IMG/VR virus record: IMGVR_UViG_3300037422_000481
Strand: one strand, 5' to 3'
Source: a virus
DNA length: 43,488 nucleotides
Of this stretch, positions 15,727 through 23,772 are shown piece by piece. The notes beneath the pieces are model-generated. The model did not search any database and was not told the origin of the DNA. It was given only the letters and a program-made list of their open reading frames with translations. Position 1 is the first letter of the stretch; each line of letters begins with the position of its first letter. The position numbers and the translations under genes were made by a program.

Positions 15727-15766
15727 GTTGCCGCGATCCCTAGCCGCGCCCTACGCTTGCGGCAAC
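15727..15766. promoter_or_regulatory. Inverted repeat (8-bp arms gttgccgc / gcggcaac) spanning the stop codon of the lipoprotein gene. It could be a terminator or an operator at the late/early boundary.
   Basis: Arms at 15727-15734 and 15759-15766. There is no U-tract on either side. A G9 run (15709-15717) lies just beside it. Confidence 0.3.
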
Positions 15767-16269
15767 GGGGCGGGGCCCGGGGCATCCGGGACTCCGCCCT
15801 CGACTTGGTTCGGAGGTTCGGGGGCTCGCGGGGTGGAATCCGCGGCTTGGTTGTCCCGGGCCTCGGCTCTGCCCAGCACCAGGCGCAGCTCGAGGAGGAC
15901 CAAGCGCGCTGCGATCGCGAGCCCCCGCACGCGCGCCTGCGTCTCGAGGTCGTCCGTCACCACCACGGTGATGGGCGCGAGGAGCTGCAGGGCCAGGTCG
16001 ATCGACTGGTAGAGGTCGAGCGTCTCGGCCCCGCCGGCCAGGACGAGCTCGAGGTTCGCGTCGACGACGCCGAGGGCCTCGTGGATCGGCTCGAGCGTCT
16101 CCGCCAGAGACGGATCGAACTCTCCGTACCCCGCGATCACGTCACCGATCGCGGTTCCGAAGATCTCAACCTGCGCATGGACCTCGACCAGCTCAAGTCG
16201 GTTGCCGGCCGGCGTGCTCCGGCACGCACAGACCAGGGCGGCCAGGGTTGCGATGGGCGTCGTCTTCAT
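15751..16269 (-). CDS. Putative lipoprotein, 172 aa.
   Basis: MKTTPIATLAALVCAC is a signal peptide with an imperfect lipobox. ATG 16269 overlaps the TGA of the upstream membrane protein (ATGA) and is preceded by AAAGGAA. Confidence 0.6.
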   Translation of the reverse strand: MKTTPIATLAALVCACRSTPAGNRLELVEVHAQVEIFGTAIGDVIAGYGEFDPSLAETLEPIHEALGVVDANLELVLAGGAETLDLYQSIDLALQLLAPITVVVTDDLETQARVRGLAIAARLVLLELRLVLGRAEARDNQAADSTPRAPEPPNQVEGGVPDAPGPAPLPQA

Positions 16270-16595
16270 GTGTTCCTTTCTTCGTGGGGTTTGACCTGCC
16301 GCCCGGGCGCCTCGGTGCGCTCCCACATGCGGGCGATGCGCACGTGTTCCTCCGCCAGCACCAGAACGTTGTCGAGTTTGAGGCCTTGCTGGGTCATCCG
16401 CTCCGTGAACAGCGTCTCGAGTCTGCTCACGAGAGCCGGCGTTGCCTCCTGGGCCGCGGCCATGCGGTCCATCGCCTGCGTGATCCGTCGCAGAAAGAAT
16501 CCGATCGTGACGATGCCGCTGATCACGACCGCCATCAGCAGCCAAGCGACGACGCCGACGTCCTTGACGAGGTCAGGGGACGGAAACTGTTCCAC
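16266..16595 (-). CDS. Single-pass membrane protein, about 109 aa.
   Basis: One hydrophobic helix (VGVVAWLLMAVVISGIVTIGFFL) is followed by a charged helical region. GTG 16595 is the assumed start. It overlaps the giant ORF end by 23 nt. Confidence 0.55.
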   Translation of the reverse strand: MEQFPSPDLVKDVGVVAWLLMAVVISGIVTIGFFLRRITQAMDRMAAAQEATPALVSRLETLFTERMTQQGLKLDNVLVLAEEHVRIARMWERTEAPGRQVKPHEERNT

Positions 16596-19500
16596 GCGCG
16601 GTCGTGTCTGCGCTGAGGCGCCGGATCGCCGAGATTCTCCGGAGCAGCTCACGCGCGTGCTCGCTCTCCGAGCTGCGCAGCTGCGGTCCGAGGAAGGAAC
16701 CCGAGGGACGATAGGGCTCGTAGCGGTTCCGGATCACCTGCGCGATCGTGTCGGCCGAGAGTGCTCCGCGCAAGCTGCGCATGATCTCGCTGTCCGTGAG
16801 GCCGAGCCCTCGCGCGGCGCTGAGGGCCGCCTGGAAGTCCTCCCACAGGCGGCTCCTGGCGCGCTCGGTCGCTCCGTACGCCTCGACCAGGTCCTCGTCA
16901 CTCACGCGGCCGCGCTTGCCGGCCACGCGCGAGAGGATCGAGGTCGCGTCCGCGCTCTGCCGTGCAAACTCGCGCGCCAGCTGGTGCAGGGCCTGGCGCG
17001 TGTCGACCGAGCTCATGCGCACGCCCGAGAGCATCGCGAGCGTCTCCACCCCCGGATCGTAGACGCGGCCGTACTGCGTCACCTCGCCCTGCAGGCCGCG
17101 CGCGATGCGCCGCAGGCTCGTCGCGGTGCCCGGCTCGACCGCCTTGCCGAGGTGCGCCAGGACGTCGCGCGTTTGGGCAAGCGTGGAGTCCTCGGGGTCG
17201 TAGATCTGGTTGTCGAACTCGTCGCGGTTGTACCAGAGGGCGTCGATCACGGCCTTGGTCGCGATCTCCTCGGAGAAGAACGGCGCCAGCACGTTGGCGG
17301 CGCCGCGGCGCGCAGCGTCCTCCCAGTCGTCGCCGCGCAGGAAGGCCATCAGCGGCTTCTTGAGGTAGCTGTGCGGGTCGAGGTAGCTGATGTCGACGTA
17401 GGTGCGCGCGCCTTCGCTGTTCTCCGCCAGCCACAGGAGATCCGAGTCACGCGACCACGGCGGAAGGAACTTGCGCGCCGCCTCGTCGTCGTCGTCGGTC
17501 ATGCCCACGAGGTAGCGCGCCAGCGCTGCGAGTCCCGCTGTCCAGCCGGCGGCGAGGAAGGTGCCGGCGAGCCGCCGTGCGCCGATCACGCGCACACCGC
17601 TCGTCTGGCTCCCGAGCTCGCTGCGGATCTGCATGATCGTGTTCTTCGCCGTGCGCATCACCTCCCACGGGAAGCTCACGAAGGTGCCGACCAGCGGGAA
17701 CTGGCGCAGCTGGCGCACCGCGCGCGGCACCATCGAGTAAGTCGGGAAGACGTTGCGCACGATCTCGGCGGTCTTGCGCTCGAGCTCGTCGGCGCTGAGG
17801 CGCGGCTCGGCCTTGCGGTAGGCCGCCTTCTCGTTCTCCCACGCGAAGAGCTTCCAGAAGTCGTCCTGCGCGCCGTACACGCGCGAGAAGAAGTGGAGGG
17901 CACGCACGCCCTTCGCCTTGGCGCTGTCCGGATCGAACATGGACGCATCGGCGACGTGCACGTCCTCGAGCAGCGCGCGCAACTCCTGGCCGTGTGGGCT
18001 CTCGTGGATCACGCCGAGCTCGACTGCGCGGCGCAGGTAGGCGCGCCAAGCCGGCCGCGAGAGCGCGTGGAACTCCGCGGCCATGCCCTTGAGCGCCGGA
18101 GCGAACTTGCCGGCGCGGAAGTAGCCTTGCGCCAGGGCGAAGCCGGTGTTGCCGAGGTTGTTCCGGACCGTGGTCATGACCGAGAGCACGGTCTTCGAGT
18201 ATTTCGCGATCCCGTTGATTGCGACCCACCAGCGCCACGCCGTGTCCAGGCTCGCCGGCTCCATCTGCTTGAAGGCGTCGCGGATCTCCGGCGTGGTGTA
18301 GAGCCCGTTCAGCGGCGCGTAGACGGCCGAGGCCTCACCCGCGATGCGCGCCTTCGCCTCGGGCGGGATGGCCGGATCGTCGCCCTCCCACAGGTAACGC
18401 CCGAGACCATCGGCACGTACGGCCGCCAGGAACTCGTGGTTCCCGATCGTGAAGGCCATCTTCGAGACCGAGCGCATGTAGTTGACGCGCGCGTCCTTGT
18501 ACTCGCCCCACAGCGCGCGGATCTCGACCGGGACGTTCTTCCTGCGCTTCATGAAGGAGAGATCCTTCGTCCCAAGCTTCGCCTGGGCCATGACGCGCAC
18601 CGGCCCGTCGGCGGCCTTGCCCTCGAAGAGCAGCCGCTCGATCACGGCCTCGAGCGCGCGCGGCTGCTGGCGCGCCTGCAGCACGCCGATCTCGCGCTGC
18701 ACGCGCGCCATGCGCCGCTGCGTCGAGCCAAGCCGCGCCAGGTCCTTCTTGGTGGGCTTGGACACGGCCTCGAGCGCAGCCTCGAGGCCGGAGAGCGCGC
18801 CCAGCAGTCGGCCAGCTTGGAACTCGCGACGGGAGTACTCCTGCGCGATGAAGGCCTTCGCCGCGTTGCGCGCTTGCACGGGAACCTTCTCGGCCCACTG
18901 CGGGTCGTCGAAGGCCCGGTAGCTGCGCGTCGCGTAGAGCTCGAGGTTCTTCGTGATCACCGGCACCAGGCGCTGGTCGACGACGCCGCTCGAGATCAGG
19001 CGCTGCGAGAGCTCCTTGATGTGGTTGCGCGCGGCCTGCACGGCGTTGCCTAGCTTGACTGGGAGCGCGCCGCGCGCGGTCGGGTCCTTGAGGGCGTCGT
19101 CGACCAGCGCGACCTGGGCGGGCGTCAGCTTCTTGCCAAAGGTCGCACGCAGCGCCGCGACCAGGTCGTGCTCGATCTCCTCGGCGCGCCGCATGTGCGC
19201 GTTGATCCAGCCATCGCGCCGGATCTTCGAGGCGAAGGGCCCCTCGGGCAGTCCTGCGGCCGCGGTGAAGTTGCGGCGCCAGCCTCTACCGAGCGAGAAG
19301 AGCACTGGAGCGCCGCCGCCTTCGCTGAACTCGTTCGCGATCTGTTGCTCGATGGGCAGGTTCTCTTCGGCAATGAAGGACGCTTGCCCACCCGCGAGAT
19401 CACGCGCTCGAGCCGCGAGACCCTCAAGCCGTGCCGCCACCCGCGTTGGCTTCTCCTTCAGCACGGAGCGCAAGATCGCGACGGCGGTCGCGTCGCTCTT

Positions 19501-22500
19501 CCATCCCACGTCGATACCAGGCATGACGGCTTGCCGCAGAACGTCAGCCAGCGGCTGATTCGTCTGCACGACCTCGGCGGCTCCCTGAGCCACGTGAAGC
19601 ATCGTGTCCGCGAACCCGGGCGCGCGCGCCTTCAACGTGACGAGCGCCGGAAGGGCCCGCAGTAAGACGTTCCGAGTCGCTGGTGGCGTCTCCACGAGCG
19701 TCCGCACGTCGCCGATCACGCTGCCGAGCAGTGCGTCCTCGATGACCTGCTTCCCGCTCTGAGTCGGGATGCCGCGCCGTGGATCGAAGAGCTCGGCCAT
19801 GTCCCGTTGTCCCAGCGCACCGGCCCGCACCATCGTCCGCGCGATGTCTCTCGCCTTGCCCGCGTCGCCGAGCGCGTCACGCAACGTGCCTTCGCCGATC
19901 ACGCCCGCAATCGAGCTCGCGACCTCGGCCGTGATTTTCGATCCGCGCGACACGGCTTCGGTCGTAGCGCCCTTCCCGGTCGTAAGCGACTCGTTCAGGA
20001 CGCGCGAGAGCTCGCCAGGTGCGCCTTCGCGGCCTGGCTCGACGATGCGCACCAGAACCGGATCGGCGATCCCGAGCGGTTCGATGCCGAAGCGCTTGGC
20101 CGCCTTGACCATGCCCGCGCGAATCTCTTCCGCTTGCGGACCGGCTCGTGAGTAGGCGAGCTGCATCCCCATCGTGCGCGCATTGCCCCCGAGCACGACG
20201 CCCTTGCTCGTCACGATCGGAGGACCGTCGACCGGCGAGGGTGTGTCAGTCGTGAGCAGCGACACCTTGGGAGCGTTGGCGATCGCTCGCACTGTCTCCC
20301 GCATCGGCGCGCCCTCAACGGGATCGTCGTAGGGGCGCTCGTTCAGGTCGCCGGCCGGGTTGCGGACGAACCCGCGTCGCACGTCATGGCTCGGCACGAG
20401 CTCGCTGGCTGCCACGATGGCATAGGTCACGGGCAGGGTACGACCCTCGGCGAGTTCGACCGTCGATGCCTCCCCGGAGCGAACGAGGATTTCCAGTTCT
20501 TGTCCAGGCTGGATCCGGCTACCCTTGAGGGGTAGTCTTCCCCCGACGATGCCGCTTCCTGATTCCTTTCCTGCTGGAACAACCTTCTGGGATTGCAGTG
20601 ACGTTCCCGTGGTGGCCACTCCAGGGCTGGTCTGCACGGCCTTCGATGTGCCGGACGGGCGGCGTTTCCCCTGCACGACGGTCGATAGCGACGGCGTGCC
20701 GATCTCGGAGGCGGCCTTCCGCGCCATGGTGCCCAAGGCCATCGCTCGACTGGCCGCGTTCCAAGCCGAGTCGTAGACCGCGCGCTGCTTGGCCTCGAGC
20801 TGGTCGATGCGGCGCTGCTGCTCACCCGTACGTGGGCCTCGAGCGCGCTGCAACCGCTGCATCTCTTCGTACTCGAGATGGAGGCGCTCCTTCGCCTCGA
20901 TCATTCTAGGCACGTTGATCTGCACCTCGGCGTGCAGGGCACCCAGGTCGAAGTGCATGAGTATGTCGCGGTAGCCGGTCGTCACGATCGGCGCCGTGAA
21001 GTCGCGGAACTTCACCGGCTCACCGAACCGTCTGCGCAACTCGACGACGGCCGCTTCGGCCTGCTCGAGCGTGTCCACCACGACGGTGCCGCGCAGGATG
21101 TCGCGCACTCGCGTCGCGTCGCCTTGATAGTCGTGCAGCGCTTTCACCAGCGCCCGAGCCATGCTCTTCACGCCAGGCAATAACGGCTTGTGGTGCGAGC
21201 CCACGGCCTTCGCCACCGCGCGAATGGAGCGGCCGAAAGAGGGCTCGCGCCTTCGCGCCGCAGCCAAGAGCTTGACCAACGTCCGCCGCGCCCGCAGTTC
21301 GACGGCGCGCAGATCCAGTTTCCGCGGCTTGCGCTCCTTGGGCGGCGCAGCGGCGAGGCGTTCACGCTTCTTCTTGCCGCGCTGCCGGAATCCGACCCGG
21401 CGCGGGCGCGCCTCCAGCCCTTCGAGCTCGAGCTCCATACGCGAAGGCTGTATGCGCCGCGTGACCTCCAGGCGCGGGGGCTTCGGCAGCTTCGCGAGGC
21501 GGCGCTCGAGCACGCGGACTCGAGCCTCCGCGCCTGAGCGACCACGGAGTGCGCGGATCTCGGCCTCGAGCTTCCCGCGCTTCTGGCGCACGCGCTTCGC
21601 CTGCGGGCCGGTGAGAGCCTGCTGCGAGGGGATCCAAGTTGGTTGAGGGATGCCCCGTTGCGCTTCGCGCGCGGCCGGAACGGCACGCTGGCTGGGCTCT
21701 ACAGCCCTCTGCCGACGGGGAAGTTCTCCACGGACAGGAATCCGGCGTCCCTCTTCCGGCCATGCGGCGCTCGTTCCTGCCGGTGCGGCAGGGCCGGCCG
21801 CAATGGCAGCCGCTGCCGGCCTTCTCGAGGGACGCCGGTAGCCCTCGATCGTGGCGAAGGCCTGCTGCACGAGCCGCGCGATCTCTGGGATGCGCGCCGG
21901 CTCGATGACGATCTCCTGGTCGGTCTCGGCGAGTTCGTCCCTGAGCTCTCGCAGCGCCTTCTCCGTCGACGTCTCCAGGTGCACGCCCGCGCGGCGCACC
22001 ATCCGGATCAGCGCGTCGATCATGCGCCGCAGGAGGCCGGGGCGCTCCGCAGCTTTGCGGAAGCGCTCGCCCTCGAAGAGGAGCCCGCCGCGCTCTTCCA
22101 GGTAGTTCGAGACCGCCTCTTCCGCCTGGCGCTCTGGGCTCAAGCCCTGGGCCTTGTAGCGTTCCCTGACGTCGAGCTCGGTCGCCGCGAAGCCCTCCGG
22201 ATCGACCTCCTTCAGATCGACGGCGAGCTGGTTCGCGGTGTCGACGGCCGTGTCGCCAGCCATGTCCTCGCGCACGACCTGGGCGAGGTGGTGGTAGGCC
22301 TCGTGGAGGAGCAGCCGCCGCTCGAGCACCTTGTCCGCGGCCGCGACGTCGAAGACCAGCGCGCGCTGCTCGGCCACGTAGCCGGCAGGGGCCGCTCCGC
22401 GATCGCCCTCTTCTTCCTCCGTCGGTTCGTCGGTGTACTCGACGAAGACCGCTTCAGCGCCCAGGCGGCGCGCGCGCTCGGCCACGCGAGCCTGAGCGGC

Positions 22501-23772
22501 GCTCCGGGGCTCCACCACGGCGCCCGTGCGCCCCTGGCGGCCTAGGAAGGTTGCAGCGGCGCGGCGGCCACCTGCGGACGCCGGCGCGACGTAGGGGATA
22601 TCGTCCGGTGCAGAGCCCGGTGATGCATCGGGCACAGCCACGTCGCCTTCAGCGGCTGCGAATAGTCCGCGTGGTGTGCCTCGACCTTCGAGCTCTTGCA
22701 CACGGCGCAGGGCAGCTTCTTCACCAAGCCCCTGCGCACGTAGACGCGCAAGTAGCTGCGCGCGATCGCCCTCCGGCGCGTCTCGCCCACTAACGGGTGT
22801 GCCTTCCTCCAGACCCTTGTCTTCGCGTTCTGACACGGACGGCAGTACCCGCCGACGCCCTTCGGCGTCCGCGCGCAGTTCGGGCACAGACCGTCCTTCC
22901 GCCTCATGTTGTGGAACAGTACCGCCCCCAACCTCCGCCGTCGAGGCCAGGGCCGAGAGGAGTCCGCCAGCGACCGCCGGCACCACCAGGGCCTCCCCGC
23001 TGGCCCAGCGCTGCATGAGTTCTTCCAGGGGTTTTCTTGCCTGGTCATGGCGCGAGATGTAGCGCGCCGTGACGTCGGCCAGCACCTGCTGGAAGTTCTC
23101 CTGCAGCACCTCTTCACCGGCCTCGAGCGCGGCCGTGCGGATGAAGCGCGAGAGCATGCGCCCGCTCGCCTTGTCGGCGAGCCCGAGCACGCGCCGCGCT
23201 TGGCCGGCGATCGGGACCGCCTCGCTCGCACCCTCGATCACGCCCAAGAGCGCCGCGAGGAGAGCCGCGTCCTGTGCTTCCTCGGACTCCGGGTCCTCGA
23301 AGGAAGCCAGCGCCTCCTTGTAGCGCGGCCCGACGGTCGCCAGCACGCCCGAGGTGCCAGCCATGAGCGGCGCCGCTACTGGCGCGCTCGCGCCGAGACC
23401 CACGAGGCCCGCCGTGCCGAGCGCGGTCGCGCCCAGGAATCCAAGGCCACTGCCGACGCCCTCGACCGTCTTCTCGAAGAGCGACACGGGCGCGGCGCCA
23501 GCACGCTCGCGTTGTTGCCCGAGCCAGCGCGCGGCGTCACCCATGCGCGGGATGCCCAGTACCTCGCCGGTCTCGGCCGCGCCCTGCACGACCCCGAGCG
23601 CGCCCCGCGCGAGACCTCCGACGATCGTGGGCGGGACGCGCTTGATCTTGGGGCCGAAGAGCCTCCGCAGCTCTTCCTCGAGCGGATCCTCTTCCACCTG
23701 CGCAGCAGGAGCATGCGCGCCGCTGAACAACGTGCGCAGCTCCTGCTCGAGCGGATCCTCCGCGTCCCTCAT
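16573..23772 (-). CDS. Formal 2,399-codon ORF for a giant multidomain (polyvalent-type) putative internal-virion or ejected protein. It may not be one continuous gene (see the nested HNH gene).
   Basis: ATG 23772 (MRDAEDPLEQELR...) overlaps the TGA of the upstream gene (ATGA). The first 398 codons of track ORF 16573..24966 are shadow of gene 23769-25247. Contents:
- Gly/Ala-rich hydrophobic segments (about 23340-23480).
- HEAYH (22291-22305).
- An RSH-like segment (20857-21180).
- A ParB-like segment (20090-20439).
- About 1,100 unassigned C-terminal residues.
Third-position G/C collapses in this frame across about 22545-22925. Confidence 0.55.
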   Translation of the reverse strand: MRDAEDPLEQELRTLFSGAHAPAAQVEEDPLEEELRRLFGPKIKRVPPTIVGGLARGALGVVQGAAETGEVLGIPRMGDAARWLGQQRERAGAAPVSLFEKTVEGVGSGLGFLGATALGTAGLVGLGASAPVAAPLMAGTSGVLATVGPRYKEALASFEDPESEEAQDAALLAALLGVIEGASEAVPIAGQARRVLGLADKASGRMLSRFIRTAALEAGEEVLQENFQQVLADVTARYISRHDQARKPLEELMQRWASGEALVVPAVAGGLLSALASTAEVGGGTVPQHEAEGRSVPELRADAEGRRRVLPSVSEREDKGLEEGTPVSGRDAPEGDRAQLLARLRAQGLGEEAALRRVQELEGRGTPRGLFAAAEGDVAVPDASPGSAPDDIPYVAPASAGGRRAAATFLGRQGRTGAVVEPRSAAQARVAERARRLGAEAVFVEYTDEPTEEEEGDRGAAPAGYVAEQRALVFDVAAADKVLERRLLLHEAYHHLAQVVREDMAGDTAVDTANQLAVDLKEVDPEGFAATELDVRERYKAQGLSPERQAEEAVSNYLEERGGLLFEGERFRKAAERPGLLRRMIDALIRMVRRAGVHLETSTEKALRELRDELAETDQEIVIEPARIPEIARLVQQAFATIEGYRRPSRRPAAAAIAAGPAAPAGTSAAWPEEGRRIPVRGELPRRQRAVEPSQRAVPAAREAQRGIPQPTWIPSQQALTGPQAKRVRQKRGKLEAEIRALRGRSGAEARVRVLERRLAKLPKPPRLEVTRRIQPSRMELELEGLEARPRRVGFRQRGKKKRERLAAAPPKERKPRKLDLRAVELRARRTLVKLLAAARRREPSFGRSIRAVAKAVGSHHKPLLPGVKSMARALVKALHDYQGDATRVRDILRGTVVVDTLEQAEAAVVELRRRFGEPVKFRDFTAPIVTTGYRDILMHFDLGALHAEVQINVPRMIEAKERLHLEYEEMQRLQRARGPRTGEQQRRIDQLEAKQRAVYDSAWNAASRAMALGTMARKAASEIGTPSLSTVVQGKRRPSGTSKAVQTSPGVATTGTSLQSQKVVPAGKESGSGIVGGRLPLKGSRIQPGQELEILVRSGEASTVELAEGRTLPVTYAIVAASELVPSHDVRRGFVRNPAGDLNERPYDDPVEGAPMRETVRAIANAPKVSLLTTDTPSPVDGPPIVTSKGVVLGGNARTMGMQLAYSRAGPQAEEIRAGMVKAAKRFGIEPLGIADPVLVRIVEPGREGAPGELSRVLNESLTTGKGATTEAVSRGSKITAEVASSIAGVIGEGTLRDALGDAGKARDIARTMVRAGALGQRDMAELFDPRRGIPTQSGKQVIEDALLGSVIGDVRTLVETPPATRNVLLRALPALVTLKARAPGFADTMLHVAQGAAEVVQTNQPLADVLRQAVMPGIDVGWKSDATAVAILRSVLKEKPTRVAARLEGLAARARDLAGGQASFIAEENLPIEQQIANEFSEGGGAPVLFSLGRGWRRNFTAAAGLPEGPFASKIRRDGWINAHMRRAEEIEHDLVAALRATFGKKLTPAQVALVDDALKDPTARGALPVKLGNAVQAARNHIKELSQRLISSGVVDQRLVPVITKNLELYATRSYRAFDDPQWAEKVPVQARNAAKAFIAQEYSRREFQAGRLLGALSGLEAALEAVSKPTKKDLARLGSTQRRMARVQREIGVLQARQQPRALEAVIERLLFEGKAADGPVRVMAQAKLGTKDLSFMKRRKNVPVEIRALWGEYKDARVNYMRSVSKMAFTIGNHEFLAAVRADGLGRYLWEGDDPAIPPEAKARIAGEASAVYAPLNGLYTTPEIRDAFKQMEPASLDTAWRWWVAINGIAKYSKTVLSVMTTVRNNLGNTGFALAQGYFRAGKFAPALKGMAAEFHALSRPAWRAYLRRAVELGVIHESPHGQELRALLEDVHVADASMFDPDSAKAKGVRALHFFSRVYGAQDDFWKLFAWENEKAAYRKAEPRLSADELERKTAEIVRNVFPTYSMVPRAVRQLRQFPLVGTFVSFPWEVMRTAKNTIMQIRSELGSQTSGVRVIGARRLAGTFLAAGWTAGLAALARYLVGMTDDDDEAARKFLPPWSRDSDLLWLAENSEGARTYVDISYLDPHSYLKKPLMAFLRGDDWEDAARRGAANVLAPFFSEEIATKAVIDALWYNRDEFDNQIYDPEDSTLAQTRDVLAHLGKAVEPGTATSLRRIARGLQGEVTQYGRVYDPGVETLAMLSGVRMSSVDTRQALHQLAREFARQSADATSILSRVAGKRGRVSDEDLVEAYGATERARSRLWEDFQAALSAARGLGLTDSEIMRSLRGALSADTIAQVIRNRYEPYRPSGSFLGPQLRSSESEHARELLRRISAIRRLSADTTARGTVSVP
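20090..20439 (-). other. ParB-N-terminal-like (DdrB-ParB type) segment inside the giant ORF.
   Basis: YAIVAASELVPSHD...NERPYDD...GPPIVTSKGVVLGGNARTMGMQLAY matches the ParB-like layout (...SHD...PR.R...GxPIV...xxGNxRxxA) seen in polyvalent proteins of phages and plasmids. By-eye assignment. Confidence 0.45.
20857..21180 (-). other. RelA/SpoT-homologue (RSH) synthetase-like nucleotidyltransferase segment inside the giant ORF.
   Basis: The segment reads GVKSMARALVKAL...VRDILRGTVVV...TTGYRDILMHF...AEVQINVPRMIEAKERLHLEYEE. It parallels the RSH synthetase motifs in the same order: RxKxxxSxxxK, DxxGxRxI, GYxSxH, EhQIRT, HxxYK. Confidence 0.55.
22291..22305 (-). other. HExxH zinc-metallopeptidase-type motif inside the giant ORF (LLLHEAYHHLAQ).
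   Basis: The codons cac gag gcc tac cac were read on the minus strand. The preceding ~70 residues (AEAVFVEYTD...GYVAEQRALVFDV) resemble the start of a zincin-like domain. This is motif-level evidence only. Confidence 0.45.
22542..22907 (-). CDS. HNH-type endonuclease-like zinc-finger protein, 121 aa. It is encoded out of frame inside the giant ORF and may be a mobile homing-endonuclease cassette.
   Basis: MRRKDGLCPNCARTPKGVGGYCRPCQ...KKLPCAVCKSSKVEAHHADYSQPLKATWLCPMHHRALH matches the common phage HNH pattern C-x2-C...(E)AHH-x-DY-x-x-PL-x-x-x-WLC-x-x-x-H-x-x-x-H. This is the C-terminal part of track ORF 22542..23231. Third codon positions are almost all G/C in this frame, but mixed in the giant-ORF frame over the same bases. 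Confidence 0.7.
   Translation of the reverse strand: MRRKDGLCPNCARTPKGVGGYCRPCQNAKTRVWRKAHPLVGETRRRAIARSYLRVYVRRGLVKKLPCAVCKSSKVEAHHADYSQPLKATWLCPMHHRALHRTISPTSRRRPQVAAAPLQPS

Noticed and set aside
15757-19053. A 1,098-aa plus-strand ORF, and similar very long antisense ORFs (27176..30550, 39656..41539, 4038..5303, 5355..6791, 944..1999).
   Set aside because: They lie antisense to genes with strong motif, RBS and coupling evidence. Their translations are Arg/Ala/Gly/Leu-rich with no recognisable motifs. Such stop-free antisense frames are expected in very GC-rich DNA.
22542-22925. Intein or group I intron as the explanation for the HNH insertion.
   Set aside because: An intein must be in the same frame as its host protein, and this ORF is not. 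The HNH ORF fills nearly the whole inserted interval, leaving little room for a group I catalytic core. An intron cannot be strictly excluded without RNA data.
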